In this document: in pieces, positions 40,663 to 50,972 of the stretch
Layout of the letters: each line of letters opens with the position of its first letter
How positions within the stretch are numbered: the stretch's first letter is position 1
Assembly (NCBI GenBank): GCA_963748015.1
Contig: CAVVHE010000008.1
Coordinates: 32,001-96,000 of the forward strand
Reading direction: 5' to 3'
DNA: 64,000 nt
Source: Terriglobia bacterium
GTDB lineage: Bacteria > Acidobacteriota > Polarisedimenticolia > Polarisedimenticolales > JAIQFR01
Program-made: the position numbers and the translations under genes
Notes under the pieces: generated by a model
The model's database searches: none
Seen by the model: the letters and a program-made list of their open reading frames with translations, nothing else
What the model was told of the DNA's origin: nothing

Positions 40663-42207
40663 ATGCTCTGTCGCAGCGCGCGGGTTCTGCTCGGGTCGCT
40701 GGGCTTGGTCGTGGCGCTCTCCGCGTCGCCACCGGTTGCGGCGGCTGCGCCGGGGGAGCCTCGATGGTCCGCCGCCGCTGCGGGCGCCGCGTATCGTCTG
40801 GTCGAGGGCAGTTACCTCGTCGACGACTGCACGATCTGCGAGCGCCCCACGTTCCGGGTGCCGATTCACGGGTCGTTCCAGCTGATTCCCGGCGGTCAGG
40901 ACCCGCTGTTCGCCCGTTACACGGTCGGCGCGTTCCGCTTCGCGGGCGACCCCATGCCCAGGAGCTACGCCGGCTCGGGCCGCGGCAGCTATCGCCAGGG
41001 CGGCGAGGTCGCGATCGTCGAGGAGATGACCCTGACCCTGCGCATAGGAAATCGCACCGGGATCAGGATGTCGAGCGGCCTCGTTCCGCCGCAGGCCCGT
41101 CTTCCGTGGATCGAGATCGACCTCGTGGAGGAGCCGACCCCCGGCCGGATCCAGTTCTATCGACTGCACCTGGTGGCGGTGGCGTGGCCCGAGGTGTGGT
41201 TCTCGACCGATCTGCCGTTCGGCTCGACGCGCCGCGAGATCGGGCGGGTGAGCGACGGCGATCTGCTCTCCTCGAACGGCAGCGTGGCGCGACGCGGCGG
41301 TGCCCTCGCGGCAAGGCTCGGCATCATGCCGCCTCCGCCCGAGCTCGGGCTCGACGCGGTTCTGGTCCCCGGCTTGAAGGCGGAGCCCACGAGGGGCTCC
41401 GCGCGGCCGGAGATCTGGTTCTCCACGGACAAGGACGTGTGGAGCGAGTCGCTCGGCGAACTTCGTCACGGCGACCTCCTCTCCGACGCCGGACGGGTGG
41501 TGCGGCGGTTCGACGAGCTCGTTTTTCCTTTCTGCCCGCAGCCGCCGGTCACGGACTTCGGCCTCGACGCGGTCGCGCTGGCGCCCGAGGGAGGCCTGCT
41601 GTTCTCGGTCGAGCAGGGGTTCTTCTCCGAGTGCCTGGGTGTTGCGATCTCCCGCTCCGACCTCCTGGCCGAGGGCGGGAGCGTCTTCAAGCGGGGAGCG
41701 GATCTGCTCGCGAAGTTCCACGTCGAGCCGGGCGCGCCCGAGGACGTCGGTCTCGATGCCGCGCACGTGTTCCCGGACGGCGAGGTGTGGTTCTCGACCG
41801 ACACCGCGTTTCGCGACGAGCGCTACGGCGTCGTGGGCGAAGGGGACCTGCTGTCGGACACCGGGAGGATCGTGGCGCGCAACCGCGACCTGCTCGGCCC
41901 GTTCCGGCCGGTGGAGGACCTCGCCGACTTCGGCCTCGACGCCCTGCACGTCGTCTCGCCGCCGATGATCCGCGGCCTGTGCGGCACCATCGTGCGCGGC
42001 GTCGAGTGCCCGCTCTTCGCGGCCGACAACGGCAAGGCGTTCATCCTCTCCACCACGGGCGGCTTCAAGCCCGGCGACCGGGTCCAGGTCACGGGAGAGC
42101 TGCGGCGCGCCTGCGCGAGCTTCTGCATGCAGGGCGACGGCTGCATCGAGGTCGAGAGCATCGAGGCGTGCCCGGGAGCGTCGGGCGCGTTTTCGCGCCC
42201 GCACTGA
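40663..42207 (+). CDS. Secreted hypothetical repeat protein
   Basis: GGAGG RBS; signal peptide; four repeats of (W)FS(TD)...(G)DLL..G.V...GLDA; Cys-rich C-terminal domain. Confidence 0.75.
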   Translation: MLCRSARVLLGSLGLVVALSASPPVAAAAPGEPRWSAAAAGAAYRLVEGSYLVDDCTICERPTFRVPIHGSFQLIPGGQDPLFARYTVGAFRFAGDPMPRSYAGSGRGSYRQGGEVAIVEEMTLTLRIGNRTGIRMSSGLVPPQARLPWIEIDLVEEPTPGRIQFYRLHLVAVAWPEVWFSTDLPFGSTRREIGRVSDGDLLSSNGSVARRGGALAARLGIMPPPPELGLDAVLVPGLKAEPTRGSARPEIWFSTDKDVWSESLGELRHGDLLSDAGRVVRRFDELVFPFCPQPPVTDFGLDAVALAPEGGLLFSVEQGFFSECLGVAISRSDLLAEGGSVFKRGADLLAKFHVEPGAPEDVGLDAAHVFPDGEVWFSTDTAFRDERYGVVGEGDLLSDTGRIVARNRDLLGPFRPVEDLADFGLDALHVVSPPMIRGLCGTIVRGVECPLFAADNGKAFILSTTGGFKPGDRVQVTGELRRACASFCMQGDGCIEVESIEACPGASGAFSRPH

Positions 42208-42255
42208 GCGCCCTGGCGGCGATCGACGCCGCCCCGAATCGCGAAAGCTGAGCGG

Positions 42256-43689
42256 TCAGGCTGCGCGGGCGGTTCTCCGCCAGTACGCGTAGACGGGCAA
42301 GCCCAGCGCGACGAGGCCGAGGCCGAGCAGCGATTCGACCGGGCGCTCGGCCATCGTGTTCCCGAGGAGCAGCAAGGACGAGAGGATGAAGACCGCGGGC
42401 ACCCACGGGTAGCCCCACGTCCTGTAAGGTCTCTCCAGCGCGGGCCGGGTCCGCCGCAGCACGAAGACGGCGGTGCCCGCCGCGGCGTGGAACAGGACGC
42501 TGGCGAAGATCACGTACGTGTAGAGCTGCTCGTAGGAGCCCGAGAGGGCGAGCAGCGCCGACCACGCGCACTGCACCCACAAGCTCGGCCCGGGCGTGTG
42601 GTGGCGCGGGTGGATGCGCGCGACGGCGCGGAAGAACAGCCGGTCCTCGGCCATCGGCAGGTAGATGCGGGCGCTGTAGAGGATCGTCGCCGCGAGACAG
42701 CCGAAGGTCGAGACGACGATCGCGGCGGCGAGCCAGCGCGACGCCTGCCCGCCGAAGAGCGCCGCCGCCGCCCCCTCGCCGATGCGCGCGGTGCCGCCCA
42801 TCGCGCCGACGGGAATCGCGCGCAGGTAGGCGACGTTCACCAACGCGTACATCGCGGACGTCGTGACGACGCCGGTGATCAGTCCAACGGGCAGCGATCG
42901 CCCCGGGTCCTTCAGCTCGCCGGCGGAGAACGTGAGCCCGTACCACCCGTCGTAGGTCCACAACGCCGCGATCATGCCGACGCCGAAGGCGGCGAGGAGC
43001 CCGCCGGGCAGCGGCGGCAGCGGCGCCGTCCAGTCCACGGCGACGGGTGCCGTGACCAGGAACCCTCCGGCGACGAAGATCGCGACGGCTCCCACCTTCA
43101 GTAGCGTCATCAGGTTCTGCACGCCGGCGCCCTGCCGGAGTCCCACGTAGTTGACCCAGGTGAGGACGACGATCGCCAGCACCGCGGCGAGCTGGCTCCC
43201 GTCGACCCGCCACGCCCACGAGCCGAGCGGGAGCGACCAGAGCTCGTGGCGCGTCGAGAAGAAGGGGAGGAAGGTCCCCAGGTAGTCGCCGAAGCCGACG
43301 GCGATCGCGGCGATTCCTCCCGACATGATGACGAAGAACGCGGTCCAGCCGTAGAGGAAGCCGGTGAGGGGGCCGTAGGCCTCGCGCAGGAAGACGTAGA
43401 GGCCCCCGGCTTCCGGGTACATCGCGCCCATCTCGGCGTAGGTGAGCGCTCCCGCGAGCGTGAGCAGGCCGCCGACGATCCAAACGGCGAGGATCCACGA
43501 CGGGTGCGGGAGCGCTCGGGCGATGTCCGACGTCGTCAGGAAGATCCCGCTGCCGACGATCGAGCCGATCGTGATGAGCGCGCCGTCGAGGGTGCCGAGA
43601 CGGCGCTCGAGCCGCGGGCGCGCGCCGTCTCCCGTCGAGGGCGCGACGCCTGTCCGCGGCGGTGCGGCCGGAGCCGCAGGTTCGTTCAT
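42256..43689 (-). CDS. APC family amino acid permease
   Basis: GSIVGSGIF, YAEMGAMYPEAGG.YVFL, YDGW, RPYRTWGYP; about 12 TM segments. Confidence 0.93.
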   Translation of the reverse strand: MNEPAAPAAPPRTGVAPSTGDGARPRLERRLGTLDGALITIGSIVGSGIFLTTSDIARALPHPSWILAVWIVGGLLTLAGALTYAEMGAMYPEAGGLYVFLREAYGPLTGFLYGWTAFFVIMSGGIAAIAVGFGDYLGTFLPFFSTRHELWSLPLGSWAWRVDGSQLAAVLAIVVLTWVNYVGLRQGAGVQNLMTLLKVGAVAIFVAGGFLVTAPVAVDWTAPLPPLPGGLLAAFGVGMIAALWTYDGWYGLTFSAGELKDPGRSLPVGLITGVVTTSAMYALVNVAYLRAIPVGAMGGTARIGEGAAAALFGGQASRWLAAAIVVSTFGCLAATILYSARIYLPMAEDRLFFRAVARIHPRHHTPGPSLWVQCAWSALLALSGSYEQLYTYVIFASVLFHAAAGTAVFVLRRTRPALERPYRTWGYPWVPAVFILSSLLLLGNTMAERPVESLLGLGLVALGLPVYAYWRRTARAA

Positions 43690-43905
43690 GGCAGGCACCT
43701 CGCGTCGTGCCGGGCACGATGGCCGCGAAGGATATTCCGGCGGCACGCGCGGGGCAATCGGGAGATTCGCGAGCCGGAAACGGCGAACCGCCGCCGGGCA
43801 CTCCATTCCGTGGCATGCTCGCGATTGACGGGGACTTGTTTCCCGCTGTCTCCGGCACCAAGTTCTACCGGGGCCGTGGTGCGCCCGCGACCGGCGGAGG
43901 ACTCC

Positions 43906-45426
43906 ATGTTCGAAGCCGCCGAACTCGGACGCAGGATCAGCAAGGACGACTACCGGAAGCAGGTGCCGGAGCTCCGGGAGGAGCTCCTCGCCCTCCAGGT
44001 GCGCCTTCGGGACGCCTCGTTTCCCGTGATCATCCTGTTCGCCGGGGTGGACGGGGCGGGCAAGGGGGAGACGGTCAACCTCCTCAACGAGTGGATGGAC
44101 CCTCGCTGGACGGTGACGCGCGCCTTCGGCGCGCCGTCCGACGAGGAGAGCGAGCGCCCCGAGTACTGGCGGTTCTGGCGCGCCCTCCCGTCGCGGGGGC
44201 GCATCGCGATGTTCCTCAGCAGCTGGTACTCCCAGCCCTTGCTCGAGCGCGTCAACCGCGAGCTCGACGCCGACGCCTTCGAGGAGCGCCTGAGCCGCAT
44301 CGTCGAGTTCGAGCAGACGCTCGTGGACGACGGCGCGCTCGTCCTGAAGTTCTGGATGCACCTCGGCAAGAAGGCGCAGCGCAAGCGTCTCGAGACGCTC
44401 GAGAAGGGCAAGCTCACCCGCTGGCGCGTCACCAAGCGGGAGTGGAAGAACTGGCGGATGTACGACCGGTTCATCGCGGCCACGGAGAGGACGATCCGGC
44501 GGACGAGCCGGGGCAACGCTCCGTGGATGATCGTCGAGGGGGAAGACCCGAGCTACCGCGAGCTGACGGTGGGGTTCGCCATTCGCGACGCCGTGCGGCG
44601 CCGCCTGGATGACGACAAGGGCCGGAAGGCTGGCCCGAACGGCGGGCAGAGCGCGTCGGCGGCGGCGCTGCGCGCCGCGGAGGACCTCTCGACCCGCCTC
44701 GCCAAGGGCGCGCCGTCGATCCTCTCGAGCCTCGACATGACCCGGAAGGTGCCCAAGGAGAGCGTCGTCACCGAGATCGAGAAGTGGCAGGGGAGGCTCA
44801 ACCTGGCGCAGCGGAAGGCCGCCGCGCAGGGGATCTCGACCGTTCTCCTCTTCGAGGGATCGGATGCCGCGGGGAAGGGAGGCGCGATCCGGCGCGTCGT
44901 CGGAGCGCTCGACGCGCGCGACGTCCAGGTCATCCCGATCGCGGCCCCGACCGACGAGGAGCGGGCGCATCACTACCTCTGGCGTTTCTGGCGCCACCTC
45001 TCCCGGTCCGGCCGCGTCTCGGTCTTCGACCGTTCGTGGTACGGGCGGGTGCTCGTCGAGCGCGTCGAGGGGTTCGCCACCGAGCAGGAGTGGATGCGCG
45101 CCTACGCCGAGATCAACCAGTTCGAGGACCAGCTCGTGCGCCACGGGATCGCGCTCGCGAAGTTCTGGCTGCACGTCACCCCCGACGAGCAGCTCCGCCG
45201 GTTCAAGGACCGGCAGAAGACCCCGCACAAGCGCTGGAAGATCACCGACGAGGACTGGCGCAACCGCAAGAAGTGGCCGGACTACGAGCGGGCGGTCAAC
45301 GACATGGTCGCGCGCACCAGCACGCGGGTCGCCCCGTGGACCCTCGTCGAGGCGAACGACAAGGGGTTCGCGCGGATCAAGGTCCTGCGCACCGCCTGCG
45401 AGCGCATCGAGGAAGCGCTCGGATAA
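43906..45426 (+). CDS. pap: Polyphosphate:AMP phosphotransferase (two-domain PPK2)
   Basis: MFEAAELG start with GGAGG RBS; two PPK2 domains (GVDGAGKG, EGSDAAGKGG, FDRSWYGRV, KITDEDW). Confidence 0.93.
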   Translation: MFEAAELGRRISKDDYRKQVPELREELLALQVRLRDASFPVIILFAGVDGAGKGETVNLLNEWMDPRWTVTRAFGAPSDEESERPEYWRFWRALPSRGRIAMFLSSWYSQPLLERVNRELDADAFEERLSRIVEFEQTLVDDGALVLKFWMHLGKKAQRKRLETLEKGKLTRWRVTKREWKNWRMYDRFIAATERTIRRTSRGNAPWMIVEGEDPSYRELTVGFAIRDAVRRRLDDDKGRKAGPNGGQSASAAALRAAEDLSTRLAKGAPSILSSLDMTRKVPKESVVTEIEKWQGRLNLAQRKAAAQGISTVLLFEGSDAAGKGGAIRRVVGALDARDVQVIPIAAPTDEERAHHYLWRFWRHLSRSGRVSVFDRSWYGRVLVERVEGFATEQEWMRAYAEINQFEDQLVRHGIALAKFWLHVTPDEQLRRFKDRQKTPHKRWKITDEDWRNRKKWPDYERAVNDMVARTSTRVAPWTLVEANDKGFARIKVLRTACERIEEALG

Positions 45427-45443
45427 CGCCGGGCCGCCTCGCC

Positions 45444-45599
45444 GGAAGTCCGCATCCGGGCTCGCCCTCCGCGGCCCTCTCTTCGCGAGGCCGTCTCTTC
45501 CTCGGACGGCCGAGCGAAGAGCGGAGCGAGGCGGCGCGGCGAACTACGCCGCGCAACGCCGAAGCGTGCCGCGGAGGGCGAGCCCGGATGCGGACTTCC
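45444..45599. mobile_element. MITE-like element, 156 bp, with 32-bp perfect terminal inverted repeats
   Basis: GGAAGTCCGCATCCGGGCTCGCCCTCCGCGGC at 45444-45475 and its reverse complement at 45568-45599; CGCC on both flanks; internal hairpins. Confidence 0.55.
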
Positions 45600-45647
45600 C
45601 GCCCCCAAGCGCCAGCAGCGTGAGGTATCGAGGGGAACCTCGATGGC

Positions 45648-46199
45648 CTACTTCTTGAACTCGACGGTGAGCGGCTGCCCGAGGAGGCGCTCCATGGCGA
45701 GCGGCCACCCGCCGACGGGCTTGAGCGCGGAGAGCGCCTCCTCCGGCGTCTTGCCGAGGTACTTCACCGCGTAGGCCGCGTACAGTTGCCCGGCGCGCCC
45801 GCCGGACGTGCAGTGCAGGACGACGGTCCCCTTGGCCTCCTCGACGCGCTTCGCGAACGCCTCGAGCAGCGCCGGGGTGTAGGCCGGCGCGCCGTCCACC
45901 GGGAGGTTGAGGTAGGCGATCTCGAGCCGGTCCGCGAGCGCCACCTCGTCGAAATCCACTCCCTTCATCTCGTCGGCGGTGCGCAGGTTGACGATGTCGG
46001 TCACCCCCCGCGCCTTGAACGTGTCGAGGTCGGCCTTCGTCGGCTGCCCGCCGACGAGGAGCTTGCCCTCCTCGATCTTCTTGTCGAAGAAGCTCGGCGG
46101 CGGCGTGGCCGCGGCGGGGGCCGTCTTGGGAGTCGACTTCGCCGCGCACCCCGCCGCGAGCGCGCACGCCAGGACGATCAGGATCGCTTTCCGTGTCAT
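45648..46199 (-). CDS. Lipoprotein with CX5R phosphatase/sulfurtransferase-like (DUF442/Blh-type) domain
   Basis: Lipobox AAG-C; GGQP, VNLR, HCTSGGRA. Confidence 0.8.
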   Translation of the reverse strand: MTRKAILIVLACALAAGCAAKSTPKTAPAAATPPPSFFDKKIEEGKLLVGGQPTKADLDTFKARGVTDIVNLRTADEMKGVDFDEVALADRLEIAYLNLPVDGAPAYTPALLEAFAKRVEEAKGTVVLHCTSGGRAGQLYAAYAVKYLGKTPEEALSALKPVGGWPLAMERLLGQPLTVEFKK

Positions 46200-46212
46200 C
46201 GCGAGCCTCCCC

Positions 46213-49200
46213 TCACTTCCGGACGCGAACCGGATAGGGCGGACGAACCGCCTTCTTCGGCGGGTTGGCCTTGAGCTCGGCCAGGACCACCTCGATCGCC
46301 TTCTCGAGCTGCGGGTCGTGTCCCGCGATCACGTCGGCGGGCGTCTGCTCGACCTCGATGTCGGGCGGAACGCCCTCGTTCTCGACCACGAAGCCGTCCT
46401 CGGTCCAGATCGCGAGGTTCGGCGCCGTGATGCTCCCCCCGTCCAGCAGCTCGGGGAAGCCGAGGATGCCGACGAGACCGCCCCAGGTGCGCTTTCCGAT
46501 CAGCTTGCCGATCCCGAGCTTGCGGAACATCCACGGGAGGAGGTCGCCGCCCGAGCCCGCGTTCTCGTCGATCAGCATCACCTTCGGTCCCGCGATCGCG
46601 GCGAGCGGCGTCTTGAGGTCGGCGCCGTAGCGCATCGCCCAGTGCGTGACCTCGGGCCGCCGCAGGATGTCGATGTAGTAGTCGGCGACCTGCCCGCCGC
46701 CGTTGTACCGCTCGTCCACGATGATCGCGTCCTTGTCGGCCTGCGGGAAGAAGTAGCGCTTGAAGTACGTGTGGCCCATGGTCGAGGTGTTCGGCACGTA
46801 AACGTAGGCCACGCGGCCGCCGGTCGCGTCGTGGACCTTCTTGATGTTCCCCTCGACCCAGTCGCGGTTGCGCAGCGCCCCCTCCTCCTCGACCGGCACG
46901 ACCTTCACGGTGCGCGATCCGGTGCCGGCGGGATCCGGCCCGACCGTCAGCTCGACGATGCGCCCGGCGGTGTTCTCGAAGCGCGAGTAGAGGTTCTCGG
47001 GCGGCTTGACGTCCCGCCCCTCGACGGCGAGGAGATACTCGCCGGCCTTGACGTTGACTCCCGGCTCGGTCAGCGGCGCGCGAAGCTCGGGGTTCCAGTT
47101 GAGGCCGCCGTAAACCTTGGCGAAGCGGTAGCGGCCGTTCTCGACGGCGTAGTCCGCGCCGAGCAGGCCGCCCTTGATCTTGACGGGGTCCTCGGGCATG
47201 TCGCCCCCGCCGACGCGGTGGTGCCCCACGGCCAGCTCGGAGCACATCCACTGGATCAGCCGGTTGAGGTCGGAGCGGCTCGCGAGATCGGGGAGGAACG
47301 GCTCGTACTTCGCGCGCATCGCCTTCCAGTCGGCGCCGTGGAAGTTGGGGTCGTAGAAGTAGTCGCGGTTGATCCGCCACGCCTCGGCGAACATCTCCGC
47401 CCACTCCTGGCGCGGCTCGACCTTGACCGAGATGGCCTCCACGTCGAGGTTTCCCTTGCCGGGCTCGACCTTTCCCTTCGTCTCGACGATGCGCCAGGTC
47501 TCCTTCTGCTGCAGCAGCGCCTTGACGCCGTCCTTCGCGAGGGCGTAGGCGTCCACCTTGTCCACGAGGACGGTCTCCTCGCGCTTCTCGAGGTCGTAGC
47601 GGCAGAGGGTCGCGGACGGCTCGCGGTTGAAGCGGCTGACGCCGCCGTCGCGCTTCAGGTAGTAGAGCTGGCCCGCGGTCCCCGCCTGGAGCTCGGCGTA
47701 GAACGCCGGCTTCGTCGGCAGCGGCACGATGCGCTGCGCGATTCCCTCGAGATCGATCTGCACCTTGACCGGGGCCTTCGCCTTGTCCTTCTCCTTGTCG
47801 GCGCCTTCCTTCGCCTCGCTCTTCTTCTCGTCCTTCGCGTCGGGCTTGGCGTCCGCCTTCGCTTCCGGCTTGGCGTCCTTCTTCGCGTCCCCCTTCTCCT
47901 CGTCCGAGGGCTTCGCGAGCGGCGACACCTCGGTGCGGGAGAGCACGACGAGGTAGAGCGCGTTGGTCATCGCGGCGTCGTTGTTCCACATCGAGAACCA
48001 GTCGCGAACGGGACCGGCGTCCGTCGAGGAGGTGAGGAACAGGTACTTGCCCGAGGCGTCGAAGACCGCCTCCCCGACGTCGGAGAGGCCGTCGGACAGA
48101 GGATAGGAGCGGTCCTCGTCCACCGAGTACAGGTGGACCTGGGCGAAGTAGCTCGGCGTGACCCGGGTGTAGGCGATCCACTTCGAGTCCGGGGACCACG
48201 CATAGTTCGGCTGGCTGGACGGACCGTAGAGCGGGTCGGTCGAGATCTTCTTCGCCTTGCCGGTCTCGAGGTCGATCCACCAGATCGTTCTCGAGTTGTC
48301 CTGGAACGCGATTCGCTTCGAATCCGGCGACCACTTCGGGTCGCTGTAGAAGCCGGAGCCGGAGATCGGGAGCTCCTTGCGCTCGCCCTTGCCATCCTGC
48401 GGGACGACGTGCAGGACGTACTCGCCGGACCGGTCGGAGAAGAACGCGATGCGCGAGCCGTCGGGCGCCCAGGCCGGCGAGCGCTCGTTGACCCCGGGGG
48501 TGAGGGTGAGGTTGCGCGGGTCGCCCTTCTCGCCGGGCACGGTCACGATCTCCCCGCGGAACTCGAACGCGGCGCGCGCCCCGGAAGGAGAAATCGCCGC
48601 GTTGCGCACCCACTTGGCTCCCTTGGCCCAGCGCGAGCGCGTCTCGGCCAGGTCCGCGGCCACGCCGATCTTGAGGCGGCGCGACTTCCCCGCCGCCGGG
48701 TCGAACAAGTGGAGGTAGCCGGACTGCTCGAAGACGATCTTCCCCGCTCCCGCGGAGGCCGCGAGGATCGGGAAGTCGGAATTGCCGGCGAGCCGCGAGA
48801 CCTTCTTGGACGCGGCATCGTACGCGTAGAGCCCGAACTCGCCGTCGCGATCGGAGAGGAAGTGGACCTTTCCGCCGATCCACATCGGATCGGTGTCGTT
48901 GCAGCGCCCCGCGGGCTGGGGGATCTGCTCGACGGCGCTCGTCTTGACGTCGAAGATAAGGATCCGCGACGCCGTTCCGCCACGGTAGTTCTTCCACTGG
49001 CGGAAGGCCTCCGATAGCGGGACGTAGGCGATGCGCGAGCCGTCGGGGGAGATCGCGGCCTTGGTGGCGTTGGGGATGGGCAGCTTCTCCTCGAGCCCGC
49101 CGTCCACCGGGACCGTCCACAGCTGGACCAGGCGGCCGGTGTGGGAGGCCCGCGCGGAGGTGAACAGCACGCTCTTGCCGTCGGCGGTGAACCCCTGGAC

Positions 49201-49551
49201 GAGGTCGGGGCCCGGATGCCAGGTGAGCCGCCGCGGCACGCCTCCCGCCGCGGGAACGGCGTAGACGTCGACGTTCCCCTCGTACTGCGCGGAGAAGGCC
49301 AGCCACTTGCCGTCGGGAGAGAAGCGCGGGCGCGTCTCCTCGCCCACGTGCGCGGTCAGCCGGCGCGCCCCGCCGCCGTCGGCCGGGGCGACCCAGACGG
49401 CGCCTGCGTAGACGAAGGCGACCGCCGAGTCGCTGATCGCCGGTTGCGCCAGCATCCGCGTGTCGGCGGTATCCACCGCCCACGCCGCGACCGCGAGCGT
49501 CGCGACCGCCAGCACCGTCAGTGCTCTCCCGATTCTCTTCGCGCTGCGCAT
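46213..49551 (-). CDS. Tricorn protease-like S41 peptidase
   Basis: Signal peptide, PD40 propellers, PDZ domain, DERYNGGG, AGSGGD, RTWGG, ENEGVPPD. Confidence 0.95.
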   Translation of the reverse strand: MRSAKRIGRALTVLAVATLAVAAWAVDTADTRMLAQPAISDSAVAFVYAGAVWVAPADGGGARRLTAHVGEETRPRFSPDGKWLAFSAQYEGNVDVYAVPAAGGVPRRLTWHPGPDLVQGFTADGKSVLFTSARASHTGRLVQLWTVPVDGGLEEKLPIPNATKAAISPDGSRIAYVPLSEAFRQWKNYRGGTASRILIFDVKTSAVEQIPQPAGRCNDTDPMWIGGKVHFLSDRDGEFGLYAYDAASKKVSRLAGNSDFPILAASAGAGKIVFEQSGYLHLFDPAAGKSRRLKIGVAADLAETRSRWAKGAKWVRNAAISPSGARAAFEFRGEIVTVPGEKGDPRNLTLTPGVNERSPAWAPDGSRIAFFSDRSGEYVLHVVPQDGKGERKELPISGSGFYSDPKWSPDSKRIAFQDNSRTIWWIDLETGKAKKISTDPLYGPSSQPNYAWSPDSKWIAYTRVTPSYFAQVHLYSVDEDRSYPLSDGLSDVGEAVFDASGKYLFLTSSTDAGPVRDWFSMWNNDAAMTNALYLVVLSRTEVSPLAKPSDEEKGDAKKDAKPEAKADAKPDAKDEKKSEAKEGADKEKDKAKAPVKVQIDLEGIAQRIVPLPTKPAFYAELQAGTAGQLYYLKRDGGVSRFNREPSATLCRYDLEKREETVLVDKVDAYALAKDGVKALLQQKETWRIVETKGKVEPGKGNLDVEAISVKVEPRQEWAEMFAEAWRINRDYFYDPNFHGADWKAMRAKYEPFLPDLASRSDLNRLIQWMCSELAVGHHRVGGGDMPEDPVKIKGGLLGADYAVENGRYRFAKVYGGLNWNPELRAPLTEPGVNVKAGEYLLAVEGRDVKPPENLYSRFENTAGRIVELTVGPDPAGTGSRTVKVVPVEEEGALRNRDWVEGNIKKVHDATGGRVAYVYVPNTSTMGHTYFKRYFFPQADKDAIIVDERYNGGGQVADYYIDILRRPEVTHWAMRYGADLKTPLAAIAGPKVMLIDENAGSGGDLLPWMFRKLGIGKLIGKRTWGGLVGILGFPELLDGGSITAPNLAIWTEDGFVVENEGVPPDIEVEQTPADVIAGHDPQLEKAIEVVLAELKANPPKKAVRPPYPVRVRK

Positions 49552-49658
49552 GCCTGTCTCCTTCGACCCTGCAGGAATCAGACGGCCGGGCCGGGGCCTG
49601 TCCGAGGGAGGCGAGAATACACGACGAGAGGCCGTTCGACACCAGCCGGCGCGTGGGC

Positions 49659-49700
49659 AAAAGAAAAGGGCGGCGACCGCGATCGCGGTCGCCGCCCTTT
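49659..49700 (-). terminator. Rho-independent terminator
   Basis: 36-bp perfect palindrome AAAGGGCGGCGACCGCGATCGCGGTCGCCGCCCTTT (49665-49700) ending in a TTTTCTTTT tract on the minus strand, just after the gene ending at 49719. Confidence 0.8.
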
Positions 49701-49718
49701 CTTGGTCGATGAAGCGGG

Positions 49719-50837
49719 CTAGTTGTGGCCCTGGTCGTGCGGGACCTTGACGGTGCCGGTGGCGATCGTCTCCAGGCCCATCTCGTCCACGACCTTGTAC
49801 ACGATCGTGTAGACGCGGCCGGAGCCGCCGCCGGCGCGCTCGGCGCGCAACGCGAAATCGAAATCGGCGCTGCCGGTGTAAGCGTCCTGGATGTCGTTCT
49901 CGGTGTCGCCGTCGCCCGTCCCGTTGTCGGGCTCGTTGCTGGTCACGGAGAGCAGGGTGATCGTGACGGGCCCGCAGTCGTCTACGCGGACGGTCGAGTG
50001 AACGTTGACCATCTTGTGATTCGGCGGCCACAGCATCGAGGGGGAGAACTCCAGCTCGACCCGCGGCGGCAGGGTGTCCACGACCTGGATGACGACCTCG
50101 TCGGTCGAGGTCTTGCCGGTCGCGTCCGTCACGCGGAGCGTGATGGCGTGGGTACCGAGGCTCAGGCTGAGCGTGAGCTTCTCTCCGGTGCCGAGCAGCG
50201 CCTGCGCGGGGGCTCCGAAGTCCGCGAACCACTCGTACGTCGTGATGTCGCCGTTCGGGTCCGTCGACGCCGAGCCGTCGAGGTGGACCGGGGCCTGCAT
50301 GTTCCCCGTGCACTCGACGGTCTGGTCGGGACCGGCGTTCGCGACGGGCGGAATCGCCACGAGCTTGGTGACGACGAGCGTCGTGATCCGCGTGCCGTCG
50401 CCGGCGGACACCTCGATCGAGTCGGGGTCGTCTTCGTACACGCGCAGGGTGTCCTTGGCGATCCCCTCGGCGTCGGTCAGGACCGGCAGCCCGGCCGAGG
50501 CCAGCGCTCCCGCGGTCGCCCCGAACGTGATTGCGAGGCCCGCCTGCGGGATGCCCTCGGCGTCCTTGGCGACGGCCGTCAGCAGGGACTCGCCGTAGCG
50601 CTTGTTCCCGTTCGCCGGGTCGGTCGGCGTCGCGGGATTGTCGGGGTCGATGACGATGTGCTGCGGCTCCGCGCTCAACGCCAGGCCGTTGCTCTCGGCG
50701 CGGCCGAGTCCGTTGAACATCTGGTGGGCCGGATTCTGGCTCGAGTTGGTCGAACTGCCCGAGCATCCGACCACGAGTAGCGCCACGCCCAGCAGGGCGG
50801 CGAGAGAGAGGGCACCGACGGCGAATTTGCGTGACAT
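49719..50837 (-). CDS. Lipoprotein with Ig-like (Big_1, PKD) domains
   Basis: Lipobox VVG-C; PVANAGPDQ, LDGSASTDP; C-terminal LWPPNHKM...LRAER...GRVYTI domain; AAGGAGG RBS. Confidence 0.82.
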   Translation of the reverse strand: MSRKFAVGALSLAALLGVALLVVGCSGSSTNSSQNPAHQMFNGLGRAESNGLALSAEPQHIVIDPDNPATPTDPANGNKRYGESLLTAVAKDAEGIPQAGLAITFGATAGALASAGLPVLTDAEGIAKDTLRVYEDDPDSIEVSAGDGTRITTLVVTKLVAIPPVANAGPDQTVECTGNMQAPVHLDGSASTDPNGDITTYEWFADFGAPAQALLGTGEKLTLSLSLGTHAITLRVTDATGKTSTDEVVIQVVDTLPPRVELEFSPSMLWPPNHKMVNVHSTVRVDDCGPVTITLLSVTSNEPDNGTGDGDTENDIQDAYTGSADFDFALRAERAGGGSGRVYTIVYKVVDEMGLETIATGTVKVPHDQGHN

Positions 50838-50972
50838 GGAGGAGCCTCCTTCTTGGTCAGCCTATTATTCCATTCGCAATCTACCCCGGGGTGTCGCCGC
50901 CCGCAATGGTAATGACCGTACGTTACCTCCGGAGAATCGGAGTTTTCGGGGTTTTCGGTAGGTAACCGCCCC

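Noticed and set aside
42256..45228. 990-aa permease and many other long Arg/Pro/Ala-rich ORFs (e.g. 2359-5244, 12185-14821, 45979-49017)
   Set aside because: Antisense or off-frame shadows caused by stop-codon scarcity in high-GC DNA; they overlap well-supported genes.
46213..50766. 1517-aa tricorn protease
   Set aside because: The upstream 405 codons are open frame overlapping the real lipoprotein gene and crossing a terminator. The true start is 49551.
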